From: Candidatus Gottesmanbacteria bacterium
GTDB lineage: Bacteria > Patescibacteriota > Microgenomatia > UBA10105 > UBA927
Direction: 5' to 3'
NCBI GenBank assembly: GCA_023245335.1
Contig: JAHFKK010000001.1
Span: forward strand, 683,282 to 747,281
DNA: 64,000 nt
Positions within the stretch are counted from its first letter, which is position 1, and each line of letters begins with the position of its first letter. The position numbers and the translations under genes were made by a program. Of this stretch, positions 30,448 to 40,574 are shown one piece after another. The notes under the pieces are model-generated. The model was not told where the DNA came from, ran no database searches, and worked only from the letters and a program-made list of their open reading frames with translations.

Positions 30448-31461
30448 ATGACATACAGCGTTGCGGCAGTTGATGATGAATCACAGTGGGAGTGGTTTGT
30501 GTTGCAAACGTCCCCGAATGCGCTGTTTCAGAGTTGGTTGTGGGGCGATGTGCAGAAGCGGATGGGAGCAAATGTCAGCCGGTACGGTATATTTGAAGGC
30601 AAAGTGCTTTGTGGCGTATTTCAGACGGTTGATGTACGGGCGCGTAGAGGCGCATTCCTTCATGTGCGGCACGGGCCGGTATTGGCAGCACCCACGGAAG
30701 CTCTTTGGCGCGCGACCTTCAATTTTCTCCGTCAAGAAGCAAACAAGCGAAATATGTGGTTTATACGCATGAATCCGGTTTTAGCAGATGCTCCTGACCT
30801 GCGACACATGTTTGCGGCCGAGGGCCTTCGACCCGCGGCAATACACCGTATGGACGGGGAGCAATGCTGGATTCTCGACTTGTCGCAAAGTGAAGAAGAA
30901 ATCCTTTCGGGTATGCGGAAGACGACCAGGTATGAGGTCAGGAGCGCGGCTAAAGAAGGTGTCGAGGTTTTTTCGACCACAAACCCCATACATCTAAAGG
31001 AGTTTTTCGCATTATACAAAGAGACATCGACCCGTCACGGGTTTGTGCCGCATAACGGCATACGTGAGGAATTTGAAGTATTCACCAAAAAAAATCAGGC
31101 GGTATTGTATTTGGGTAAAGTGGGCGGGAAAACCCGTTCTGCCGCGATTATCCTCTACTATGGGTATCAGGCTATCTATCATCATGGGGCTTCAGTTCCG
31201 TCGAAAGAGCCTGTCTCGTACGCCGTGCAGTGGGAAGCGATACGTGAAGCAAAGAAACGAGGTATGAAAGTGTACAATTTTTGGGGAATAGCTCCGGAAA
31301 ACAGTGCAAAGCACCCCTGGCGAGGAATAACGTTATTCAAAAAAGGTTTCGGTGGCCGTGAGATTAACTATATTCATGCGCATGACCTCCCGATTTCGCC
31401 CCTCTACATCCTTCCGCGTACTGTTGAGCTCGTGCGTAGGATGTCGCGGGGGTATGATTGA
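30448..31461 (+). CDS. FemABX-family peptidoglycan bridge peptidyltransferase
   Basis: FQS..WG, GP, R.NP, RK.TRY, YNFWG, FK.GFGG. Confidence 0.85.
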   Translation: MTYSVAAVDDESQWEWFVLQTSPNALFQSWLWGDVQKRMGANVSRYGIFEGKVLCGVFQTVDVRARRGAFLHVRHGPVLAAPTEALWRATFNFLRQEANKRNMWFIRMNPVLADAPDLRHMFAAEGLRPAAIHRMDGEQCWILDLSQSEEEILSGMRKTTRYEVRSAAKEGVEVFSTTNPIHLKEFFALYKETSTRHGFVPHNGIREEFEVFTKKNQAVLYLGKVGGKTRSAAIILYYGYQAIYHHGASVPSKEPVSYAVQWEAIREAKKRGMKVYNFWGIAPENSAKHPWRGITLFKKGFGGREINYIHAHDLPISPLYILPRTVELVRRMSRGYD

Positions 31462-31513
31462 TGGGTGAGTTTGAGTTTTCGGAACAGAGCTTTTATACTA
31501 GCTAGGAGAGCTT

Positions 31514-31888
31514 ATGGAAAAACTATTGCGGGGACACAGCATCTCTTTTCGGAACGCATTTTCCGGTCTTTGGTGGGCGCTCACTACCCAACCGAATTTC
31601 CGCGTACATATCCTTCTTACGATTGTCGCTCTTATTTTGGGTTGGTACTTGTCAATTTCTCCCGTAGAATGGGCGATTATCGTTTTTACCATAGTTCTCG
31701 GGCTCTCGGCGGAAATGATAAATACGGCATTGGAAGCTATGACGGATCTCATTACCACCGAGTGGCGTAAGGAAGCCAAAATTGCTAAAGATGTTTCCGC
31801 AGGGATGATGCTAACGGTAGCGGGCGGCGCTGTACTCGTTGCGCTCATCATCTTCGGGCCGAAACTATTGAGTCATTTCACCTTATAA
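31514..31888 (+). CDS. dgkA: Diacylglycerol/undecaprenol kinase
   Basis: SF..A..G, NFR, E.INTA.E...D, AK.AKD..AG. Confidence 0.85.
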   Translation: MEKLLRGHSISFRNAFSGLWWALTTQPNFRVHILLTIVALILGWYLSISPVEWAIIVFTIVLGLSAEMINTALEAMTDLITTEWRKEAKIAKDVSAGMMLTVAGGAVLVALIIFGPKLLSHFTL

Positions 31889-31893
31889 ATAGT

Positions 31894-32928
31894 ATGCAAA
31901 TTCTTTTGGGTTTAGTATTGCTTTCGTGGTTTTTCCATAGTCTTCTGTTTCTTCCGTTTATTCGGATTCTTTATCATATCCGACTACAGCGTTTACAACA
32001 GGTGACCCGCGATGTGTTTAATAAACGTACGCCCCTCTTTGACAAATTCCATCATCACAAAGCAGGAACGCCGGTCGGAGGAGGGCTTCTCATTATTCTC
32101 GTGACGACCGTTCTCTTCCCTATCGTTCTTCTCCTGATGCACTATTTTTGGCTGCCCATAACGGCCGTGTACCCGTTGGCCGGTGAGGTGAAAATACTGT
32201 TATTTACGTTTATTTCCTTCGGACTATTGGGGTTACTTGACGATGTCAAAAAAACGTTCGCATGGGTCAAGAACGACTTTTTGGGTCTTCGCCTGCGGCA
32301 TAAGCTCATCCTGGAAATTATCCTTGCCTCGATTATCGGTTTTTGGCTCATGAACGATCTCAAGATAAGTATTTTCCATATTCCGCATATGGGCGTATTT
32401 CAGCTGGGCTGGTGGTATATACCGTTCGCCGCATTTATCATTATCGCGTTTGCGAACGCGTTTAACATAACGGATGGGTTAGACGGGCTGTCGACAGGGG
32501 TACTTCTCATTTCGCTCTTTGCGTTTTGGTTTCTGTCGGCGTCCATCCTCGACACGGTCCTTTCTACGTTTATCGCTCTCTGGATCGGCGGCGTGTTAGC
32601 GTTTCTCTATTTTAATGTGCTGCCGTCACGCATTTTTTTGGGGGATGTCGGTGCATTATCTTTTGGCGCGACATTTGCCGTCGTCGGACTTATCTTAGGG
32701 AAAACGCCGGCGTTGGTTGTCATCGGCGGCATATTTGTCGTCGAGGTGGCATCGTCTCTTGTCCAACTCGTCTCAAAATCACTGACAGGGAAAAAAATAT
32801 TTGCCGCGGCCCCTTTACATTTATGGTTGCAGGTTAAGGGGTGGCAGGAGTCAAAAATCGTCATGCGATTTTGGATCATCGCGATCGTTTTGGCACTCTT
32901 TGGATTGTGGTTGGCACTTCTCGCATAA
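31894..32928 (+). CDS. mraY: Phospho-N-acetylmuramoyl-pentapeptide transferase
   Basis: K.GTP.GG, LLDD, NAFNITDGLDGL, FLGDVG, APLH. Confidence 0.92.
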   Translation: MQILLGLVLLSWFFHSLLFLPFIRILYHIRLQRLQQVTRDVFNKRTPLFDKFHHHKAGTPVGGGLLIILVTTVLFPIVLLLMHYFWLPITAVYPLAGEVKILLFTFISFGLLGLLDDVKKTFAWVKNDFLGLRLRHKLILEIILASIIGFWLMNDLKISIFHIPHMGVFQLGWWYIPFAAFIIIAFANAFNITDGLDGLSTGVLLISLFAFWFLSASILDTVLSTFIALWIGGVLAFLYFNVLPSRIFLGDVGALSFGATFAVVGLILGKTPALVVIGGIFVVEVASSLVQLVSKSLTGKKIFAAAPLHLWLQVKGWQESKIVMRFWIIAIVLALFGLWLALLA

Positions 32929-32942
32929 AAGATATCTAGCCC

Positions 32943-34079
32943 ATGAAATTTACCTTCTGGAAGATGAGAAAAGCATCGGACAAAGGCAGAATCCGGCAGC
33001 CGAAATTGCCTACCGGAAGTGGTGACCGTTGGTTACTCATCGGTACGATCGTCCTTGCCGCTATCGGGATTCTTATGGTGTATGACTCGTCCGTCGCGAT
33101 AGCGATCCGGGACTTCGCCGATCCGTATCATTACGTGCGCGATCAGGTGAAATGGCTCGCCTTGGGATTTATCACCTTTGGCGTGTTATCCAACGTCTCG
33201 TATCAGGTATGGCGCAGATTCGCCGTGCCGGCGATTTTAGGAACCATGGCGCTTCTGGTCGCGGTATTTATACCGGGTTTCGGAGTACATGCGTTGGGCG
33301 CTCATCGGTGGCTCAATTTTGGTATATTTATTTTGCAGCCTGCGGAGCTTGCGAAATTAAGTCTCATTCTCTATCTCTCGGCATGGTTTTCGACCAAAGA
33401 GCGGGGACGGTTGGTGGCGTTTCTCCTGTTAGTCGGCATGATTGTCGGGCTGGTCATTTTGGAGCCGGACCTGGGGACGGCAATGACGTTACTCGCGACC
33501 GCCCTCGTGCTCTACTTTCTTTCCGGCGCCCCCATAGGCCATTTTTTGGCACTCCTCCCTTTGGTAGCAGTGGGAGGCGGGGCTTTAGCGGTCTTTGAGC
33601 CCTACCGGATGCGGCGCGTATTAACGTTTCTTCATCCGGAGGTCGATCCGCTCGGCGCCTCGTACCATATCCGACAGGTATTGCTTTCCTTAGGATCAGG
33701 AGGTTTTTTTGGTGTGGGACTCGGAAAATCGAGACAAAAATATGAATACTTGCCCGAAGCAAATACGGACTCGATATTTGCAATCATCGGGGAAGAAACC
33801 GGATTTGTCGGCACCATAGTTGTCATAGCGCTTTTTTTGTTTTTATTGTGGCGTTGTTTTCGGGTAGCCCGGAGAACCCAGGAGCCGTTTGGTAAATTAC
33901 TTGCGCTCGGTATCGGATCATGGATCGGCATACAGACATTTGTGAATATCGGTTCTATGGTGGCGGTTTTGCCCCTTACCGGAGTCCCGCTGCCGCTCAT
34001 ATCCTATGGAGGCTCAAACCTTGTCATTACGTTGGGCGCTCTCGGAATGATCTATAATGTGAGTAAGAAACACGCATGA
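32943..34079 (+). CDS. ftsW: SEDS polymerase FtsW
   Basis: GAHRW, QPAE..K, EPD.G, LPEA.TD.IF, LP.TG.PLP..SYGGS. Confidence 0.9.
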   Translation: MKFTFWKMRKASDKGRIRQPKLPTGSGDRWLLIGTIVLAAIGILMVYDSSVAIAIRDFADPYHYVRDQVKWLALGFITFGVLSNVSYQVWRRFAVPAILGTMALLVAVFIPGFGVHALGAHRWLNFGIFILQPAELAKLSLILYLSAWFSTKERGRLVAFLLLVGMIVGLVILEPDLGTAMTLLATALVLYFLSGAPIGHFLALLPLVAVGGGALAVFEPYRMRRVLTFLHPEVDPLGASYHIRQVLLSLGSGGFFGVGLGKSRQKYEYLPEANTDSIFAIIGEETGFVGTIVVIALFLFLLWRCFRVARRTQEPFGKLLALGIGSWIGIQTFVNIGSMVAVLPLTGVPLPLISYGGSNLVITLGALGMIYNVSKKHA

Positions 34080-35200
34080 AAATCCACGATACGGTAAAGA
34101 AAAAAGTTATGGTGACGGGCGGGCACGTCACCCCCGCAATCGCGACCATCGATGCCCTCATGAAGAATCATCCTGAGTGGCAGATTGTGTTTGTCGGGCG
34201 AAAAACCGCATTGGAAGGCGACAGAACGCTTTCCGAAGAGTACCGTCTCATAAACGCCAAGCATATCAGATTTTTGTCAATTATCGCCGGCAGATTGAAA
34301 CGGGAGGGAGGAGTAAGGGCGTTTATTACGCTCATGAAGGTTCCGGTAGGATTTGTTCAGGCAGTATGGGATGTGCTCACCGAACGGCCGGACGTTATCG
34401 TTTCTTTTGGCGGGTATGTCGGGCTTCCGGTCGTTGCGGCCGGGTGGATTCTACGTGTCCCTATTGTCACCCACGAACAGACGCGGCGACCGGGTCTCGC
34501 GAATCGGATCATCTCACGATTTGCGACTCGTACATGCGTGAGTTTCCCTGGCGACACCGTCGGGCTACATGGAAATCTTATCTATACCGGATTGCCGCTT
34601 CGGGAGAGCGTACTTCATCCTCAACTCACATCGTCTATCACTTTACCAAAGAAAAAGCGGCCGCTTCTCTTGGTGGTAGGGGGCAGTACCGGAGCCCGGA
34701 GTATGAATACGATCATCTATGAAGCGCTTCCAGCTCTATTGCGTACGTTTACGGTCCTCCACCAGGTAGGACGTATTTCCGTCAATAAATCCATCGAAGT
34801 CAGAAGTAGTCTTATCGAAAATCGCGATCACTATATTCCGATCCCGTATCTATCCGAGGACGAGTATGCGTGGGTACTTCACCGGGCGAAGCTTGTTATC
34901 GGCAGGAGTGGCGCAAATACAGTTATGGAAATCGCCGTCGTCGGCAAGGTCGCGCTCTTTGTGCCGCTTCCGTGGTCAGCCGGGAATGAACAGTATTTTA
35001 ATGCATTATTTTTGAAAGAAGCAGGAAGCGCCGAAATACTTCCTCAAAAAGACCTGTCATTGAACGCACTTGTCCAAACGGTGACGAGAATGATGGATGA
35101 ATATGCGGATCGCGATCGACGGGCGGCCCTTCTTGCCGTGCAAGTTCCCCACGACGGGTCCTTAAAGCTGGTCCGGGTGATAGAAGAGCTCGTCCATTAA
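34076..35200 (+). CDS. murG: Lipid II GlcNAc transferase
   Basis: TGGH..P, FGGYV..P, HEQ..PGLAN, GGSTGA, RSGA.T..E, EQ..NA. Confidence 0.92.
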   Translation: MKIHDTVKKKVMVTGGHVTPAIATIDALMKNHPEWQIVFVGRKTALEGDRTLSEEYRLINAKHIRFLSIIAGRLKREGGVRAFITLMKVPVGFVQAVWDVLTERPDVIVSFGGYVGLPVVAAGWILRVPIVTHEQTRRPGLANRIISRFATRTCVSFPGDTVGLHGNLIYTGLPLRESVLHPQLTSSITLPKKKRPLLLVVGGSTGARSMNTIIYEALPALLRTFTVLHQVGRISVNKSIEVRSSLIENRDHYIPIPYLSEDEYAWVLHRAKLVIGRSGANTVMEIAVVGKVALFVPLPWSAGNEQYFNALFLKEAGSAEILPQKDLSLNALVQTVTRMMDEYADRDRRAALLAVQVPHDGSLKLVRVIEELVH

Positions 35201-35208
35201 CGAACACT

Positions 35209-35910
35209 ATGGCGTCACGACTCCATTCTTATACGATTAAGCGGACACTTCGCATCGTCGCGACGGTCGTGGGATCGCTCGCACTTGTTAGTGCTATCGC
35301 ATTTGCCTTTGTACGCGTATTTTCTATTTCCCGTGTCGAAGTGGATGGTCAGGGCATGTCTATAGAGCTCGATAAGGCAAAGCTGGGAGAAAATTTACTG
35401 TTTGTACCCACGGATCGCTTGAGGCATGACCTCCTTGCGGCATATCCGCTTCTTGGCGCGGTGCGATTTGAAAAACAGTATCCCGGAACACTGATCATTC
35501 ATCTCATCAAGCGGCAGCCATTTGCACTCCTGGTCTCCAGAGGTGCGACGTATGCGCTGGATGCAAGCGGGGTGGTTCTTGATAACGCCGTATCGACCGG
35601 CGCGTATCCTATCCTAGAGTTCGATGTCGGTTCGCTTGCGATAGGAAGTATCGTCCCGGATCCGCGCGTCAAGGCGAGTCTGGCGTTTTTGCAAGCGCTT
35701 CATGGGGTGCTTCCTATCGCGAGATTGGGGACACGAGATACCTCGTCCATACTTGCTGTTATGGAACATACAAACATATTTCTTCCTCAAACAGGAGATC
35801 TGCGCGCGAAAGCCGATACTTTACAAACAATTATAGAGGGGTTTAGAATAAAGGGTACACTGCCCACCGTGATTGATCTTCGTTTTCAAAAGCCGATCGT
35901 CACGAATTAA
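35209..35910 (+). CDS. ftsQ: FtsQ/DivIB-like protein
   Basis: TM, POTRA-like K.YP.TL.I, C-terminal IDLRF; lies upstream of ftsA. Confidence 0.75.
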   Translation: MASRLHSYTIKRTLRIVATVVGSLALVSAIAFAFVRVFSISRVEVDGQGMSIELDKAKLGENLLFVPTDRLRHDLLAAYPLLGAVRFEKQYPGTLIIHLIKRQPFALLVSRGATYALDASGVVLDNAVSTGAYPILEFDVGSLAIGSIVPDPRVKASLAFLQALHGVLPIARLGTRDTSSILAVMEHTNIFLPQTGDLRAKADTLQTIIEGFRIKGTLPTVIDLRFQKPIVTN

Positions 35911-35927
35911 TATTCAGAATAAGTGAT

Positions 35928-37226
35928 ATGGCACGCGATCGAGTCCTCTCCGCAATAGATATAGGATCTTCCAAAATTGTGACACTCATCGCCGCCATGA
36001 CGGACGAGGGAGAGGCGCGTATTATCGGCGTGTCCGCAAGTCCCAGCCGGGGACTCCGCAAAAGCCAGGTGGTGAATATTGAAGAAGCAACGGAAGCGAT
36101 ATCGGCTTCTCTGGAAGCCGCAGAGCGGATGGCGGGTACATCTGTTGCACAGGCATTTTTGAGCGTCGGCGGCGCACACATAGCATCCCTCAATTCCCAC
36201 GGAGTCGTCGCAGTCGCAGAGCCGGAAAAAGAAATCACGCAAACGGATGTGAGGAGAGTCATAGACGCCGCCAAAGCAGTGCAGCTGCCTACATCCCGCG
36301 ATATCCTGCATGTGTTGCCGCGGGGCTACATTGTGGATGGCCAGGAGGGTATCATGGATCCGATCGGCATGTCCGGCGTACGGCTTGAAGTGGAAACACA
36401 TTTGGTGACCGGCGGGTCGACGGCCATACGGAATCTCCACAAGTGCGTCGAAGAGTTGGGAGTAGAAGTGGTGGGTATTGCCTTCGGAGGTATGGCATCC
36501 GCACTTGCGACGTTGTCTGACACAGAAAAAGAATTAGGAGTTATTCTGGTCGACATCGGTGGCGGAACGACAGATGTCGCGATATTCGTCGAGGGCGCAC
36601 TTTCATATTCCTCCGTCATACCGGTCGGCGCGATCAATATAACCAAAGATTTAGCAGCGGGCCTACGGGTATCACTTGAAAGCGCGGAAAAGATCAAACT
36701 TCGTTTGGGCGAAGCTCCCAAACATCTGGCCGTACTAGAAGAAGAGAAGCCGAAATCAAAAACGGACAAGGAAGATGAAATCGACGTGTCGGATTTGGGA
36801 TTGCCCGAAGGTATGCGCACAATTTCCAGAAAAACATTAGTTGAAGGGATTATTAAACCCCGTTTGAACGAAATATTTACGATGGTCGGTTTGGAAATTA
36901 AGCGGAGCGGGTTTGGCGGCATGACACCATCCGGTATTGTCCTCACGGGTGGCGGTGCATTGACCGTCGGAGCTATAGAAGCTGCCCGGCGAAATCTCGC
37001 GATGCCCGTCCGGACCGGGGTGCCACAACACATTAACGGCCTTATCGATGAGATCATGACCCCGTCCTACGCGGCGAGCGTTGGACTCCTTCTGTGGGGA
37101 AATTCTTCCGGGAAAGGAGAATCTTCAGGCTCACTTTTTTCGGGGCTGGGGAAGATCGGGAGCACCGTACAGGTAAAGGGACTTGCCGGAAAGGTCGTTG
37201 ATCTGGTAAAGTCATTCTTGCCCTAA
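35928..37226 (+). CDS. ftsA: Cell division protein FtsA
   Basis: IDIGSSKI, DIGGGTTD, IT.D, AE.IK, VLTGGG. Confidence 0.95.
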   Translation: MARDRVLSAIDIGSSKIVTLIAAMTDEGEARIIGVSASPSRGLRKSQVVNIEEATEAISASLEAAERMAGTSVAQAFLSVGGAHIASLNSHGVVAVAEPEKEITQTDVRRVIDAAKAVQLPTSRDILHVLPRGYIVDGQEGIMDPIGMSGVRLEVETHLVTGGSTAIRNLHKCVEELGVEVVGIAFGGMASALATLSDTEKELGVILVDIGGGTTDVAIFVEGALSYSSVIPVGAINITKDLAAGLRVSLESAEKIKLRLGEAPKHLAVLEEEKPKSKTDKEDEIDVSDLGLPEGMRTISRKTLVEGIIKPRLNEIFTMVGLEIKRSGFGGMTPSGIVLTGGGALTVGAIEAARRNLAMPVRTGVPQHINGLIDEIMTPSYAASVGLLLWGNSSGKGESSGSLFSGLGKIGSTVQVKGLAGKVVDLVKSFLP

Positions 37227-37299
37227 ACATTTATCCTCTGTCCAAAATCTTCTGCCCGCATTTATTGCAATGCAACTGTCACAAAAAACGAAGTAACGT

Positions 37300-38469
37300 A
37301 TGTTAATCAAACCGGATATCGCGCGTTTTGCAAAAATTAAAGTCGTCGGCATCGGGGGCGGAGGCAGTAACGCCGTCAACTCGATGATCATCAATAACCA
37401 AATCAACGGTGTTGACTTCATCTCCGTGAATACCGACGCGCAGGCGCTTCTCCTTTCCCAGTCGCAGAATAAAATTCAGATCGGAGAAAACCTGACGCGG
37501 GGACTGGGAGCCGGCGGAAGTCCGGATATCGGTAAACAAGCAGCAGAAGAATCCCGAGAAAAGATCGCGGAATATCTTCGGGATTCCGATATGGTATTTC
37601 TGACCTGCGGGGAGGGCGGCGGCACCGGTACCGGCGCGACTCCCGTATTTGCAGAGATAGCCAAGGAACTGGGAGCGCTCACGGTTGCGGTCGTCACCAA
37701 GCCGTTTCATTTCGAAGGCACCCGCCGGATGGTAGCGGCAGAGGAAGGAATCGCAAATCTCAAAGATAAAGTAGATACGCTCATCGTCATCCCGAATCAG
37801 CGGTTACTGGAAGTCATAGACAAAAAAATGACGCTCATCGAAGCATTCCGCGTGACGGATTCGGTGTTGGGACAGGGAGTGCAGGGAATCTCCGACCTTA
37901 TAACCATGCCGGGACTCATCAACGTCGATTTTGCGGATGTCCGGACGATCATGACGAACGCCGGCTCCTCCCTCATGGGTATCGGTACCGGAGTCGGGGA
38001 GAATCGTGCATCAACCGCCGCGCGTACTGCTATTTCCTCTCCGCTTTTGGAAACGACGATCGAGGGGGCAAAGGGCGTTCTCTTCAATATCATCGGGGGC
38101 AATGACCTCACAATGGCAGAAGTCGATGAAGCCGCCAAACTAATTGCCGGGGCAGTCGATCCGGATGCCAACATCATTTTCGGCGCAACAATAGATGAGA
38201 AACTCGTTGATCAGATCAAAATCACCGTCATTGCAACGGGCTTTGATGAAACGAAGAGACGGTTACGCGAGCTCTCGGGCCGGCCGGTACAGGATAGCCG
38301 TTTTGGAGCACCGCGAGTAAATTCGTTTGGTAAGGCGCCCGTGCAACAGCCGGTACAGGATCCCATCCAGCGCCCGCCGACCCAACCGACATTCTCTCCT
38401 CAGGACGATGCCATACCTCCGGAAGAAGACGAATTCGATATCCCCGCATTTCTCAGGCAGAGGAGTTAG
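37300..38469 (+). CDS. ftsZ: Cell division protein FtsZ
   Basis: GGGTGTG, NVDFAD, C-terminal DIPAFLR. Confidence 0.98.
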   Translation: MLIKPDIARFAKIKVVGIGGGGSNAVNSMIINNQINGVDFISVNTDAQALLLSQSQNKIQIGENLTRGLGAGGSPDIGKQAAEESREKIAEYLRDSDMVFLTCGEGGGTGTGATPVFAEIAKELGALTVAVVTKPFHFEGTRRMVAAEEGIANLKDKVDTLIVIPNQRLLEVIDKKMTLIEAFRVTDSVLGQGVQGISDLITMPGLINVDFADVRTIMTNAGSSLMGIGTGVGENRASTAARTAISSPLLETTIEGAKGVLFNIIGGNDLTMAEVDEAAKLIAGAVDPDANIIFGATIDEKLVDQIKITVIATGFDETKRRLRELSGRPVQDSRFGAPRVNSFGKAPVQQPVQDPIQRPPTQPTFSPQDDAIPPEEDEFDIPAFLRQRS

Positions 38470-38561
38470 GATAGAGCTTTTTAAACCGGCACCCTATTCC
38501 ATCCCAAAGACCAAAGTTGTACTATAAGCCCCACGTTACGGCGGCCGGTTATTATTCGTAT

Positions 38562-38960
38562 ATGTCAAAAGATATATTTTCCGGTATTAGAAATCGATTT
38601 CGTGATAACGAAGTATTAAAGCGTCGCAGGGCAACTCATGGTCACCAGATAGGGGCGTGGAATATAGATATAGGACCAATTGAGCCGGAAACCGGACTAG
38701 CGGCACTTCTCTATACAAAACGTCAGCGTATTCGTATTCAGGAGGGTCACCATAGAGTAACTGTCAATTTGAGAAACAACGATTTACCCTCGCTTATTCA
38801 GGCCAGCGAGGCGATAAAGCAATTAGCTAGGCTTCGTTCGAACTATACATCCGCTACAGATCCCACACGCTCACTCAAATTTAAGTCAGATATAGAAATG
38901 TTAACGAAGCAGTTACAATCGCTTGGCGTACGGTTGCCGGGGTGGGCAAAGTCGTTATAG
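38562..38960 (+). CDS. Hypothetical protein (basic orphan)
   Basis: 132-aa ORF with TATTAT 6 nt before ATG. Confidence 0.55.
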   Translation: MSKDIFSGIRNRFRDNEVLKRRRATHGHQIGAWNIDIGPIEPETGLAALLYTKRQRIRIQEGHHRVTVNLRNNDLPSLIQASEAIKQLARLRSNYTSATDPTRSLKFKSDIEMLTKQLQSLGVRLPGWAKSL

Positions 38961-39004
38961 CGCCCAAAAAATCACGTTCAGGTAAATAAGGTTATAATAC
39001 GTAT

Positions 39005-39163
39005 ATGGACAGAGATAGCATATATCAGCTTTTGCAGACGGCGAAAAAAAAGGCGTGGTTGATGCTGCAGGATTCCTGGCCTTCCATATATACGATGATA
39101 AATGATTTCCTTTGGGGTGCTATAGGGTTTTTTAAAGATATATTTTCTTCGATTTTTAAATAG
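39005..39163 (+). CDS. Small amphipathic protein, 52 aa, below the ORF-track cutoff
   Basis: TATAAT (38993-38998) 6 nt before ATG; MDRDSIYQLLQTAKKKAWLMLQDSWPSIYTMINDFLWGAIGFFKDIFSSIFK*. Confidence 0.6.
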   Translation: MDRDSIYQLLQTAKKKAWLMLQDSWPSIYTMINDFLWGAIGFFKDIFSSIFK

Positions 39164-39264
39164 CTGTTTCCTGGTTGTCCGATAAACCCGCCTGTCTCTA
39201 TGCCAAAGAAGTAACTTTCTTGACTGGATCAACTCTCTCTGTTACATTCTGCCTAAAGATTCTT

Positions 39265-39681
39265 ATGACTATAGGTAGAGTTGAATCTCCAGGGAATCAG
39301 CCGTTTCAAAAAGATTTAGGCATGGTAGCGGTCCAAGATAGACCCAGCGGATTGAAGATTTGGACCGAATACCCCAACACATTTGTCGAAGTCGTAGAGG
39401 CGGCCTATACGGAACAAGTGCCGTGCACATTGCTTCCACAATCAACTATTGATTTGCGGCGGGTCGATGGTGAACGTGGAGACCCATATGTCACTCCGCC
39501 GGATTCCTTGACAGTCTCGTTTCGTCGCGGGCGCAGGTTAGAGATTTTTGCCGGGATCAGGACGAAAGACAGACGTATTCAGCACGCACGGCCGTTTGCA
39601 AATATTGTGCTGTCGAATCCTACAGAGGTAAAGGCTCAGCTCCTCAACAAAAATAAACCCGAGCAGCCGCCTTTATTTTGA
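39265..39681 (+). CDS. Hypothetical protein
   Basis: ORF preceded by TTGACT-N17-TACATT (39220-39248). Confidence 0.55.
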   Translation: MTIGRVESPGNQPFQKDLGMVAVQDRPSGLKIWTEYPNTFVEVVEAAYTEQVPCTLLPQSTIDLRRVDGERGDPYVTPPDSLTVSFRRGRRLEIFAGIRTKDRRIQHARPFANIVLSNPTEVKAQLLNKNKPEQPPLF

Positions 39682-39720
39682 TAATGAATCGATCCGTCAG
39701 AAGTGATATTATAGGCTATC

Positions 39721-40023
39721 ATGGTTAAACCAGACATTTCTAAACCAATTGGGCGAGAGGAAGCGATGGAAGAAGCCGTCAACTTCGCGCTTTCTGAATG
39801 CGGGTTTAATGCTCAGAAGGTCAGTCCTACTGTCCGGGATGGCATGAAGTCAGCAATTGTTCATTTTGAAACCTCCGGAGAAAACGCTAGTACAAATCCT
39901 CCCGTTGCCGAACTTGCAGTTCTCGCGTTTTCACGGTTAACGCGTAAATCATGCCCTGAGATGCACTGGCGATGGGATGGACAAGGCAGGTTAAACCTAA
40001 GGACATTATCTCTCATAAGATAA
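39721..40023 (+). CDS. Hypothetical protein
   Basis: 100-aa ORF with extended -10 TGATATTAT 8 nt before ATG. Confidence 0.55.
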   Translation: MVKPDISKPIGREEAMEEAVNFALSECGFNAQKVSPTVRDGMKSAIVHFETSGENASTNPPVAELAVLAFSRLTRKSCPEMHWRWDGQGRLNLRTLSLIR

Positions 40024-40142
40024 TTACGTTAGATATGCTCTGACGATCTATTCAGGAACTTAAGAAGTGTACTAGTGTGATATAATAACGATCACAAATT
40101 AGGAGACCACGCGTGTAGATCTATAATAGTAGGGAGTAGTTT

Positions 40143-40535
40143 ATGCCTGATTTTTGTCCTCCATTATCCCTTGAAGGTCTTCGACTGCGCCAGAAGGCAC
40201 AGGAAGCCGCGAATAAACTCAATGGTCACCCGGAAAACGTTGAAAATGCGATACCATTTGCGGATTTTACTACCGAGCGCATAGCTCAACGGTTAAGGAG
40301 TGGGACTAAAAGGGAACAACGTGAGGCTGCAGGTTTAATTGTAGGAGCAATACGTCGGTATTCAGCCACACTTCCCGGTGGAGAGGACGATCCGAGTGGA
40401 CAAGCAGGTCGGACACTGACAAGAATTTCGTGTTTGTTTGACCTAGAATTGGGTGAGTTGCTCAATGCTAGAAATGGGGAGTCCGTCATCACTCTGACAC
40501 ACCGGCCGCAAAGGAAGTCTCCGGAAGGACGTTAA
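40143..40535 (+). CDS. Hypothetical protein
   Basis: 130-aa ORF with TATAAT and GGGAG upstream. Confidence 0.55.
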   Translation: MPDFCPPLSLEGLRLRQKAQEAANKLNGHPENVENAIPFADFTTERIAQRLRSGTKREQREAAGLIVGAIRRYSATLPGGEDDPSGQAGRTLTRISCLFDLELGELLNARNGESVITLTHRPQRKSPEGR

Positions 40536-40574
40536 CCCTTGATAAATTTGAGTTAGCCTTTTTGGTATACTGCA

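Noticed and set aside
36326-37057. 243-aa minus-strand ORF, and similar ones at 20078-20863 and 46859-47482
   Set aside because: Antisense to well-supported genes (ftsA, murC, methyltransferase)
38978-39232. 84-aa minus-strand ORF
   Set aside because: The + strand 52-aa ORF has a promoter and a more plausible sequence
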